Below are positions 20,161-28,033 of a stretch of 64,000 bases of DNA, one piece after another. Origin of the DNA: a virus. Each line of letters opens with the position of its first letter. Positions within the stretch are counted from its first letter, which is position 1. Location of the stretch: IMG/VR virus record IMGVR_UViG_3300005403_000006. The stretch is one strand, 5' to 3'. The position numbers and the translations under genes are program-made. Below the pieces are notes generated by a model. That model made no database searches, had not been told where the DNA came from, and saw nothing but the letters and a program-made list of their open reading frames with translations.

Positions 20161-20865
20161 TCATTCCTGTTCGCTTTCATATTCACCTTCTATTTCTAAT
20201 GGTTTATTTCCTGTCATTAATCCTAATTTTTTCAATAATGCTAATTCACTATCTGTAATCTCTGAAAAATCTATGGCGTTATTCTGAATCGAAATATTAA
20301 GCTGATTCTTAACATTCACACTCCTAGTATCTCCCCATTTTTCAGGTTGTCTAGCCTGTAACCACTTAATCTGAGATTTAGTATCAGGTAACACCTTTTT
20401 TTTAACAGGAACTATTTCCGTTTTATAATATTCCCTAGTAACTACTCCAAATTCATTAAATTCCCTAATTTTATTATTATTTACTACTATGTCATCATAC
20501 TCATACCCAATAGCATTCTTGTACAAAGCAGATACTACCTTAGCATCTGCGGATGTTTTTCCTTCCTTCAACGCCTCATAAAACTCAGGTTTAGTCCTCT
20601 TCCAATATTGGAGTGTTCCTAAACTGATTTCCATTTCCTTAGCAATATCTGGATCATTCAATCCTAACAACGCCAACTTATGTGCTTGTTTTATCCTCTT
20701 AATATTCCACTGCGGTACGGTATTTGTTACGGCGGGTACATAATTCTTAGTCCTCTTCATATCCTCATTATGTTTTTTATATATGGTTAATACAATTGCC
20801 TTAGCAAATATACAACTAAAAAAAACTAAAAACAACAATCCAGTAATAATGGTACTTCCTGTCAT
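20161..20865 (-). CDS. terminase small subunit (putative)
   Basis: Contains an HTH-like segment, DIAKEMEISLGTLQYWKRTKPEF, and lies just upstream of terL. The first 35 codons are purely hydrophobic, so the ATG at 20760 (MKRTKNY) may be the real start. Confidence 0.5.
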   Translation of the reverse strand: MTGSTIITGLLFLVFFSCIFAKAIVLTIYKKHNEDMKRTKNYVPAVTNTVPQWNIKRIKQAHKLALLGLNDPDIAKEMEISLGTLQYWKRTKPEFYEALKEGKTSADAKVVSALYKNAIGYEYDDIVVNNNKIREFNEFGVVTREYYKTEIVPVKKKVLPDTKSQIKWLQARQPEKWGDTRSVNVKNQLNISIQNNAIDFSEITDSELALLKKLGLMTGNKPLEIEGEYESEQE

Positions 20866-22098
20866 TTTACTGCCACATCTTCTGAATTATTTTAAAAAGT
20901 ATGCAGGAGCAATTTCCCAATCCTAAAAATAAAAATTTTACTATAAAAATATAATGGAAAAACAAAAGGAGAACACACTCTCATATTTCAAAAAACAACA
21001 CAACAAAACTACTATACGTAGTATAGTACATTTGCATCATTAGGAAGCTATGTAGGACCACATGTACACATATAATTATAATCACACATGCACGATGTGA
21101 ACAATGTATGTAGGTAACGGCTAGGTTACTCAATAAATCATATCTGTATATACGGTCAAGACAAGTGTAGGAGGAAAAGGGTAAAGGGTTTGAAAAAATT
21201 TGCACGAAAATAAAGAGGTCCATCAAGCGTACATTCAGTAGTCAATCATAAAACGAGGTAGCTACATATGTAAATAATTAAATATGTTTTGACTTAGTAC
21301 ATGCTCTATTTAACATACTATTAATTATCAGTTAAAATATAGATTGATAATCAATGTATTATAAATACAATCTGATACACTAAGTGATTATGTACAATAG
21401 CATGAAACATATGCAATAATCTAAATATGTGCATAAGGCAATTTGTTAGCTTTGAAAATCTCAACTGCCCACATCAACTCGAAGTAACGCAAAAATCGCA
21501 CTTTTTACTACATATCTACATAATTGAATATATGATACTATACGATACTGCATGTAGAGTATTCACATATGCAGTTATGTGACTATGTAGAATAGTGCTT
21601 TTATATGAATTAAAAGCACACGATACTCTTATTAGTTCTTTATATAGTGTTATCAATATATGTAGATACTTGCATACTTATTGCTGCATTTGTACTTGTT
21701 TTTTAAATATAGACTATTTTTAATATAGCTTTAAAATCGTTTTAAAGCACTTTTTTGACACTTTGATAGCTTTATAGATAGTTAGTATTGATTTTAAAAG
21801 ATAATCGTTTTTAGCTATTTTATTGACTTGCAGGCTTGTTATATAATTATATAGATATGTACATATGTAGCTGAGTGAATATATCAGTAGCTTTATTATA
21901 TATGTAGATGTTTTTTACTTATTTTATTATTTTTTATGCAAACGTATGCACGCCGTCATTATTGACTTGCAAGTGTTTATAAAATAGTGTTTTAAATTGT
22001 TTTTAAAATAATCTTTAAAATAATTAGTACGTGTTAATAATCATCGTACATTTGTCGTGTCAATATGCAATTAAGCAATGACACTAAAAACGGAAATC

Positions 22099-22245
22099 AT
22101 GAAAACAACTACGTTAACACTCAAATCAAAGAAGACGACTACAACTGTCGTCAACGCGCTGCAAATCGTCGCAATTATGACATTCGTCACTCTAAGTGCA
22201 ATTGCCCTCATCCACTCGTTCACACATTCGTTTAACGCATTTTAA
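22099..22245 (+). CDS. small membrane protein (48 aa), first ORF of the plus-strand operon
   Basis: My translation is MKTTTLTLKSKKTTTTVVNALQIVAIMTFVTLSAIALIHSFTHSFNAF. It has one hydrophobic helix and falls below the ORF-track cutoff. Confidence 0.3.
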   Translation: MKTTTLTLKSKKTTTTVVNALQIVAIMTFVTLSAIALIHSFTHSFNAF

Positions 22246-22256
22246 ACTACTAAAAT

Positions 22257-22412
22257 ATGTGTACAGATGCTAAAAAGCAGATTTTTGCTTCACAAAAAGT
22301 GAAAATCTGCAACACGATGATAGCACACAATGCTGATAGAGTGCGCTATGAAGCATTAAGAAACTACCTTATTAATCGCTATGCACTTACTGATTTTAAC
22401 ATAAATTTTTAA
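22257..22412 (+). CDS. small protein (51 aa)
   Basis: My translation is MCTDAKKQIFASQKVKICNTMIAHNADRVRYEALRNYLINRYALTDFNINF. It is packed between the two other plus-strand ORFs. Confidence 0.3.
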   Translation: MCTDAKKQIFASQKVKICNTMIAHNADRVRYEALRNYLINRYALTDFNINF

Positions 22413-22433
22413 CTCTCTTTAAAACGTAAAATT

Positions 22434-22895
22434 ATGACAACTACAAAAATTGAATCAAAAAAAGTCGCCATTGTCGAAAATAGCGCAACTGTTGAGAACG
22501 TAAAAACTGCAAAAGCTGCAAAAGTTGAAAATTCAGACTTTTTAAAGTCGCTGAATCTTAAAAAAGTGACTGAAAAAAAGACGTATGCAGAACGTGCTGA
22601 ATTTATTAGTAAATTTATTGAAACTGCAAAATATAATCAAAAGCAGTTAAGCGACATCATGAACGCTGTTTTTGTCGCACACACTAAAGCAGCAAACAAC
22701 ACGTTGCTAGTTGACAGCAAAAATGTACTTTATTTTTCGATGTACAAAAATTTGAAAAACATCGTGGTTGTCGACAAAACGACAAACTGCATGAGCTTCG
22801 CGAATTATAGCGATAAAAAAATCGCTGAAATGAGAGCAGCAGCACAAGCTAAAAAAGTAGCTGACAAAGCAGCAAAAACAGTAAAAGTAGTGTAA
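22434..22895 (+). CDS. Lys/Ala-rich protein with a C-terminal domain paralogous to that of 45124..45972
   Basis: This is the only long plus-strand ORF and is followed by a perfect terminator hairpin. AERAEFISKFIETAKYNQKQLSDIMNAVFVAHTKAANNTLLVDSKN aligns with AERVEYMTPLIAKGTYSKKELLEMMCKKFPQVTKAANQTILTDGKN in the 282-aa protein. Confidence 0.6.
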   Translation: MTTTKIESKKVAIVENSATVENVKTAKAAKVENSDFLKSLNLKKVTEKKTYAERAEFISKFIETAKYNQKQLSDIMNAVFVAHTKAANNTLLVDSKNVLYFSMYKNLKNIVVVDKTTNCMSFANYSDKKIAEMRAAAQAKKVADKAAKTVKVV

Positions 22896-22906
22896 TTGCC
22901 TGTATA

Positions 22907-22940
22907 AGCTACTCTAATTTATTTTAGAGTAGCTTTTTTT
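22907..22940 (+). terminator. intrinsic terminator of the plus-strand operon
   Basis: AGCTACTCTAA-tttatt-TTAGAGTAGCT forms an 11-bp perfect stem and is followed by TTTTTT. Confidence 0.8.
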
Positions 22941-22946
22941 ATGCTT

Positions 22947-22978
22947 AAACGTATGCAATTATATAGATATGTTCATAA
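22947..22978 (+). repeat. 32-bp direct repeat AAACGTATGCA(A/G)TTATATAGATATGTTCATAA, copy 1
   Basis: 31/32 identical to 23132-23163. A partial third copy (ATTATATAGATATGTACATA) lies at 21846-21865. Confidence 0.85.
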
Positions 22979-23131
22979 TTAAATACGCTATGTTGCTCTC
23001 ACATATTGCATTTAATATTATTCTATTGCTATATCGCTAAAATCAATTTTAACGTACAAATTTTCAATTATAATACTAAAATGATACATAGATATAGTTT
23101 TGATATAACAAGCGCAAAAAAGCACTTCAAA

Positions 23132-23163
23132 AAACGTATGCAGTTATATAGATATGTTCATAA
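23132..23163 (+). repeat. 32-bp direct repeat, copy 2
   Basis: See copy 1. It is followed by TACATTTG, a -7-box-like octamer, at 23165-23172. Confidence 0.85.
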
Positions 23164-23188
23164 GTACATTTGTCAGGAAACTAAGATA

Positions 23189-23484
23189 CTGGAAAGTTTC
23201 TGCTGTAAGTACGTTTCATCTGGGGATTTGGTTTTCGTCTGCTGGAAAGTTATGACTGTATAAACGTTTCGTCTGGGGATTTACTTTGGAATTTTATTTA
23301 TTGGAAAGTTTTTATCTTAGTTGTATTTCGTCTGGGGATTTGCCTTTAAAAAATAAAAAAGGAAAAGTATAGGTGAGGGAATTAAAAGTACTGGACAATT
23401 TATTGCTTAAAGGCATTTCATCTCAGGATTGGGCAATACATATATTGGAATTTATCTGCTGTAAGTTCATTTCATCTGGAGATT
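23189..23484 (+). repeat. five direct copies of the bipartite motif TGGAAAGTT-N14-(G/A)TTTC(G/A)TCTGGGGATTT
   Basis: The copies lie at 23189-23229, 23242-23282, 23301-23341, 23391-23430 and 23445-23484. The spacing between the two boxes is fixed at 23 nt (TGG to the first base of the second box) in all copies. Confidence 0.85.
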
Positions 23485-23809
23485 GCTATTTATTTTTTCC
23501 TTTTACATCTTTTTATTCAGAGGATTTAAGCATAGTAAAGGAAATAATTTACATATAATTACCTTCAATTCATACTATATTTAATACATTGCTATTCAAA
23601 TACTTTTTAAAGTAAAGGAAACTATGTATCCTATTGCTGCCTTATCGTTATTAAGATACAATATAGCAATTCACATTATTCCATAAGAAAAGACGTACCA
23701 ACTACAATACGCCTTTTCAACCTACCAAACTACTAATTATGAAAACCAACTTTATTTTTAGTTATCTTTGGAAATTAGTGAAACTTATTTTTGGAGAATA
23801 TTCTTCCTA

Positions 23810-24124
23810 TTAAATAAAGTAAGTTTTTAGTTGCTCTATTTGAGCATCCCTTGCAGCAGCCCATGCTGCATCCTTTGCAGCATCCAATTCTTCCTTAGTT
23901 GCTTCACCATTTGCAAATCTTTCTGCGACATTACAGGCATTTATACTACGTTCATCAGATGTTTTAACAAGTTTTAATGCTTCCCTGGCACACCATACAG
24001 CAAATAACCGTAAATCTTTATCAGACATAAATTTTTTCCTGCACAATAGCCATATAATATCTTCTTTGCTTTTTACCGTATCTTTGTAAAGGTCAATCCA
24101 ATCTTTAACTAAAAATAGTTTCAT
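23810..24124 (-). CDS. hypothetical protein (Ala-rich helical C-terminus)
   Basis: 104-aa ORF that is last in the long minus-strand early/middle operon. Confidence 0.5.
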   Translation of the reverse strand: MKLFLVKDWIDLYKDTVKSKEDIIWLLCRKKFMSDKDLRLFAVWCAREALKLVKTSDERSINACNVAERFANGEATKEELDAAKDAAWAAARDAQIEQLKTYFI

Positions 24125-24215
24125 TTTCTGGAATACCTACTTTCTTTGGGTCATAACAAGGATTAAACCTTCGTATTACTACATTGCTAATTTTTGTTTT
24201 CATAATTTTTAATTT

Positions 24216-24614
24216 TTATTTGGTTCTTTTTAATACTGTCTTGGATTCTTTTATGTAGGTTTTGATATGTTCTAAAGGATGTTTAAAAGGAACACCATCA
24301 TCATCGAAATACCAATCAGCATCAGAAAGTATTTCATGCAGTTTTTTGGCAATGTTGTAAGTGAATCTGCAACTTCCTTTATGTAGTGTTATGGTGACGG
24401 AAATTCCTCTTCTTTTGTTAGTTCTTTTTATAATAGTATGGGTGCGAGGCAAATAGCAATAACCAATTTGCAGTTTTTCAGGACTATTGTCGTCTATTTC
24501 AAATAGTGGGAAATGGGCACAGGACATATCTTGTTTTATGCTAATGCCTGCTATTTCTATTTCTTTTATTTTGTTTAGGAAGTCTGTTTTAGTTATTTCT
24601 TTACCTCGTACCAT
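24216..24614 (-). CDS. hypothetical protein
   Basis: 132-aa ORF starting 8 nt downstream of the radical SAM gene. No motif recognised. Confidence 0.5.
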   Translation of the reverse strand: MVRGKEITKTDFLNKIKEIEIAGISIKQDMSCAHFPLFEIDDNSPEKLQIGYCYLPRTHTIIKRTNKRRGISVTITLHKGSCRFTYNIAKKLHEILSDADWYFDDDGVPFKHPLEHIKTYIKESKTVLKRTK

Positions 24615-24622
24615 AATATATG

Positions 24623-25291
24623 TTATTCAGGTAAACTGTTATAAAATTCTGTTAAGCCTTCTACATTACACAGGATGTTGTCGTCCTGATTCTCATAACT
24701 CCAATCACATCCATTGATTATATTTCCTTCTGCATTAAGATACACATCATTGGAATCATTAAATTCCTCTTGTGTCGTTATAGGAGATACTTTTACCTCA
24801 TTCTTACAATAAAAGTTATCCATTGCTAATCCTTGATAAAGTAAATACTCCACCTGAGTAGCTTCCTTAGTGTATTTACGATGGAAGAATCCTAATCCAT
24901 CTAATAGTTCTGTATTGTAGTTACTTTCTTCCGCATGATAAACATCGTTGGAAACTGTTACATTGCACATATCCTTTTCATAACAGTAAGCATATAATCT
25001 AAGGCAAGTTACTACAAATTCTTCGGAGATTTTAACTCCATTAGTGTACATGAAGAAACTTCCTACATGAATGTTCCTACGCTTTACTTCCTCTAGGAAA
25101 TGATTTATTGCAGGAACATTCAATGATGGTTCACCACCTGTAAACGTTACACTATAAATGGAAGTGTATTGGTCTAGCAATTTGTCAATGTAGGAAAAGT
25201 CAATATCTTTGTTAACCATTTCACCTCGTAAACAGTGCATACATCGGATATTGCATTTGCGAGTTACTTCTATTATAATGGAACCTTCCAT
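24623..25291 (-). CDS. compact radical SAM enzyme
   Basis: CNIRCMHC is a CX3CX2C cluster motif at residues 13-20. FTGGEPSL is the SAM-binding GGE motif. Several additional C-terminal Cys residues are present. Confidence 0.75.
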   Translation of the reverse strand: MEGSIIIEVTRKCNIRCMHCLRGEMVNKDIDFSYIDKLLDQYTSIYSVTFTGGEPSLNVPAINHFLEEVKRRNIHVGSFFMYTNGVKISEEFVVTCLRLYAYCYEKDMCNVTVSNDVYHAEESNYNTELLDGLGFFHRKYTKEATQVEYLLYQGLAMDNFYCKNEVKVSPITTQEEFNDSNDVYLNAEGNIINGCDWSYENQDDNILCNVEGLTEFYNSLPE

Positions 25292-25303
25292 AGTTTCTAG
25301 TTT

Positions 25304-25639
25304 TTAATATACAACTTGTTTCCTCATTAACTCATTTACCACATGAATGTAGTCGTGGTCAACTTTTTCGTTACAGGCGTAAGCACTTGCCACCATATTG
25401 CAAGCACATTCCTGTTCAGATGTTAAATCTCCAGGTCTGTCAAAAACGGCAAAGTCATGTTGTGCCCGTGTAGGAACATACATACCTCCTGCACTTTCAT
25501 AATCATAACGACTGTTTTCCCTTCTCTTTTTTGCTTTTTCTGCTTTTCTTGCCTCATACATTTCCCGTTCAACAGGATTTTGCATTTTTTCAGCGAACGC
25601 CTTGCGTTGACTTGCTGATGGTCTCCATTTGTATGCCAT
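25304..25639 (-). CDS. hypothetical protein
   Basis: 111-aa ORF with a basic N-terminus, 12 nt upstream of the radical SAM gene. Confidence 0.5.
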   Translation of the reverse strand: MAYKWRPSASQRKAFAEKMQNPVEREMYEARKAEKAKKRRENSRYDYESAGGMYVPTRAQHDFAVFDRPGDLTSEQECACNMVASAYACNEKVDHDYIHVVNELMRKQVVY

Positions 25640-25754
25640 AACTTTTTATTTTTAAAGGTTTAAAAAAATATCCAAAATATTAATATTATTATTGTGATTA
25701 GCAACCAAGGGATGCTGCCTTGTGACATTTGTGGTGTTCTCATATGTTTGTTTT

Positions 25755-26099
25755 TTAATTAGGTTCCAATTCAAATTCACATACACATTCACCATTTTCA
25801 AGAAAGACTGGTAAATAATTACTTCCTTCATACATATCATCCAAATCATAAAAGTTTGTATTGGCAGCCATTTTTAATTTATGACATACGGCAATAACTG
25901 GAGCTTCATCACCATGTAATGGATGTTCGTAGAACTCAATATCCTGATTTTTGCTATTCACAATATGATGGTTATAGTGTGCAGCATTACACTTTATTAC
26001 CACTTTGTCATAATAATCCTGTGCTTCCATGAACAACATCTTTAACAGTTGTCCATCACCTCCTCTAAATTCAGTATCATTCCAATTAGGGCGTTTCAT
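25755..26099 (-). CDS. hypothetical protein
   Basis: 114-aa ORF on the coding strand. The overlapping 25652..25849 ORF is judged spurious. Confidence 0.5.
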   Translation of the reverse strand: MKRPNWNDTEFRGGDGQLLKMLFMEAQDYYDKVVIKCNAAHYNHHIVNSKNQDIEFYEHPLHGDEAPVIAVCHKLKMAANTNFYDLDDMYEGSNYLPVFLENGECVCEFELEPN

Positions 26100-26130
26100 T
26101 GTTCAAAGGTTTTATATAGTTTAATGGTTT

Positions 26131-26874
26131 TTAATATTGGTGTGCATTTTTCTTATTCATAAAGAAATGAATCCCAGTGGAACATTCATTCCATCTGTCA
26201 GTATCAAAGTCATCTACCTTAACAATTTTTCCTACGGTATATACAAAGGAAGCATCATGGTTAGATTTAATTGTTTTTAAATTACCTTCAATGTGTAATA
26301 CCTTGGCTTCTGAACATCTGCATTTCAATGTAGTAGCGGAACTTCTCAAGGCTTTTTTGGTTATCTGCAAAGTAACTAATTTTCCTTGGCATTGTTTATA
26401 ACCAATAAATGCTCCCTCCTCTGGGCAGCATATTGAAAAGAAGGCAGTTTTTTCATTGGTATAAAGGTTTTCCAGGTTAGCAGAACTAAGGTTAGCAGAA
26501 CTAAGGTTAGCAGAACGAAGGTCAGCAGAACGAAGGTCAGCAGAATTAAGGTTAGCATAACTAAGGTTAGCAGAACTAAGGTCAGCATAACTAAGGTCAG
26601 CAGAACGAAGGTTAGTAGAATTAAGGTTAGCAGAACGAAGGTCAGCAGAACTAAGGTTAGCATAACTAAGGTCAGCAAAATTAAGGTTAGCAGAACGAAG
26701 GTTAGCATAACTAAGGTCAGCAGAACGAAGGTTAGCAGAATTAAGGTTAGCAGAATTAAGGTCAACTTCTTGTTTAATAGCCTCCTCAACAGTTTCCTTA
26801 ATAGTGTTGTTTTCCTTCTCATACGAAAACAAAATGTCTCCGTAAATTGATTTGATTTCCAATTTAATTTTCAT
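26131..26874 (-). CDS. pentapeptide-repeat protein with a Cys-containing C-terminal domain
   Basis: About 20 tandem A(D/N)LxS-type pentapeptides (SANLRSADLSYANL...). A globular tail follows (KCRCSEAKVL...DRWNECSTGIHFF). Confidence 0.85.
   Translation of the reverse strand: MKIKLEIKSIYGDILFSYEKENNTIKETVEEAIKQEVDLNSANLNSANLRSADLSYANLRSANLNFADLSYANLSSADLRSANLNSTNLRSADLSYADLSSANLSYANLNSADLRSADLRSANLSSANLSSANLENLYTNEKTAFFSICCPEEGAFIGYKQCQGKLVTLQITKKALRSSATTLKCRCSEAKVLHIEGNLKTIKSNHDASFVYTVGKIVKVDDFDTDRWNECSTGIHFFMNKKNAHQY
26461..26760 (-). repeat. tandem 15-bp repeats encoding the pentapeptide-repeat region
   Basis: The plus strand shows about 20 units of GTTAGCAGAACTAAG-like sequence. Confidence 0.9.
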
Positions 26875-26893
26875 AGTTGTACGTTTTAGTTGG

Positions 26894-27142
26894 TTAAAAT
26901 TTAGTACGAATTAATACGGTGTTCTCAGTCACTACTACATCATCAACGGAATACCCACGACTTTCAGCAAGTTCTTGGAAATAAATAGCTTCCTCGCTTT
27001 GTACACACTTGCGATTAGATACAGGCATTTGATGGTTATGGTTTAAGAACTTGGTTGATACGTTTTGCTCTCTCAAAGCATTTCTCAATTGGTAGCCGTT
27101 CATACCATTGTCGGCATAGATAACATTTTTAATTCGGTTCAT
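26894..27142 (-). CDS. hypothetical protein, paralog of 46003..46263
   Basis: MNRIKNVIYADN...VLIRTKF aligns with MHRIKNVIYAEP...KLIRTIF. Confidence 0.55.
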   Translation of the reverse strand: MNRIKNVIYADNGMNGYQLRNALREQNVSTKFLNHNHQMPVSNRKCVQSEEAIYFQELAESRGYSVDDVVVTENTVLIRTKF

Positions 27143-27166
27143 AGTTGTACGTTTTTAGTTGTTGGT

Positions 27167-27505
27167 TTAAATTATTACTTTTTTGGCAGTAGTGTTAAAT
27201 TGGGATTGATTTATTTTTAAGGTAAAAGGAGTATCAATAATCCCTATTACTTTTTCCACAATTTCCTTCAATTCATAAATTGGGTAAGAATGGTAACTCA
27301 ATTTATGGTAAATCTCATTAATCAATTCACCTTTTCCTTCTTCATTAGCTTTGTATGCTTTACAATAATCTAAAGAATCCGTAGTGAATAAGAACTTGAA
27401 ATCAGGTGTAACATACCTTTTTACCACATACTTTTTATCACAGTAGTAAAAGGCCTCATCTTTTAATTGGAGTAATTTCATGGCTGTATATATTAAAATA
27501 AACAA
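27167..27505 (-). CDS. hypothetical protein
   Basis: 112-aa ORF on the coding strand. Confidence 0.5.
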   Translation of the reverse strand: MFILIYTAMKLLQLKDEAFYYCDKKYVVKRYVTPDFKFLFTTDSLDYCKAYKANEEGKGELINEIYHKLSYHSYPIYELKEIVEKVIGIIDTPFTLKINQSQFNTTAKKVII

Positions 27506-27723
27506 TCATATTGGTAAGCACCTTCGTCACTAAAATAGTGGTTAATTTCTTTATTGATTTTGGCAGCGGCACGTTTTTGAGTGGCATTGCAAAGAGTTTC
27601 CAAATAAGCGTTTGCATTTTGGTATTTTTGACGTTCTGCAGGAGAGATGTAATCAATTTGCGGAGGTAAAGTTTGAAAATTTATTATCTCGGCAATAGCT
27701 GTTTTTACGGTGAATTTTTTCAT
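27493..27723 (-). CDS. hypothetical protein (first gene after the 27.7-28.0 kb intergenic region)
   Basis: 76-aa ORF preceded by a promoter-like sequence. Confidence 0.5.
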   Translation of the reverse strand: MKKFTVKTAIAEIINFQTLPPQIDYISPAERQKYQNANAYLETLCNATQKRAAAKINKEINHYFSDEGAYQYDCLF

Positions 27724-27762
27724 TTTGGTAGTTGTTTAATTATTAATAAAATTTTCACTTAG

Positions 27763-27793
27763 CAAAAGTGAGTATAATTTTTAAGACTACAAA
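27763..27793 (-). promoter_or_regulatory. weak candidate promoter (TTTG-N19-CACTTTTG)
   Basis: Spacing and the TTTG parts fit, but the first base of the -7 box does not. It lies 39 nt before the ATG at 27723. Confidence 0.3.
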
Positions 27794-27974
27794 ATTATTT
27801 TACATTTATTTTTAAAATATTTTTAAAAAAGTTACTTATTATAATAATATATGTAATAAAATAAAATACTTAATACCCGCTAAAACCTTCAATTTATGCT
27901 ATGTTTGATACTACAATATGAACTAACAAGAATAATACAAACCTACACACTATCCTAAACTCACAAACAAGTCC

Positions 27975-28011
27975 ATAAAAAAACTTGCTACTTATAAAAA
28001 ATAGCAAGTTT
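27975..28011 (-). terminator. intrinsic terminator after the sbcC C-fragment
   Basis: On the minus strand, AAACTTGCTA-(11 nt)-TAGCAAGTTT is followed by a T-run. Confidence 0.7.
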
Positions 28012-28033
28012 ACCACCCTAAAAATATACCAAA

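Noticed and set aside
20760-20865. Whether the hydrophobic 35-aa N-terminal extension of the small terminase ORF is a real membrane anchor
   Set aside because: Small terminases are soluble DNA-binding proteins. An internal ATG (20760) precedes the conserved part, so the extension is probably untranslated leader that happens to be open.
21818-21973. Whether TTATTGACTTGCA(G/A)G represents sigma-70-type -35 boxes (TTGACT) with downstream TATAAT-like hexamers
   Set aside because: The spacers to the nearest TATAAT-like hexamers are 10-13 nt rather than 16-18. The rest of the genome uses Bacteroidota-type -33/-7 promoters. These sites are retained only as repeated motifs of unknown function.
23189-23484. 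Whether the five repeats form a CRISPR array or mini-array
   Set aside because: Only a roughly 17-nt core plus a second short box is conserved. The copies are degenerate and the periods are irregular (53-90 bp). Two more copies occur as a separate pair 6 kb away, and no cas genes are visible. I cannot exclude mimicry of a host CRISPR repeat without a repeat database, so that possibility is kept only as an alternative in the finding.
23006-23558. The ORFs 23006..23263 and 23373..23558 (and 20981..21226) in the control region
   Set aside because: Their composition is implausible (Cys/Phe/Tyr/Ile-rich). Their only similarity to each other (LESFCCKYVSSGD and LEFICCKFISSGD) is the translation of the bipartite DNA repeat. 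They have no RBS.
25652-25849. Same-strand overlapping short ORFs: 25652..25849, 27456..27656, 36252..36434, 40600..40812, 6228..6422, 14257..14442 and 63069..63302
   Set aside because: Each is embedded out of frame in, or straddles the junction of, longer ORFs with recognisable domains or better context. Their composition is atypical.
26376-26822. The 148-aa Leu/Thr-rich ORF on the minus strand inside the pentapeptide-repeat gene
   Set aside because: It is an alternative reading frame of the 15-bp tandem repeats (LTLILLTLVLLT...). It is an artefact of repeat periodicity being divisible by three.
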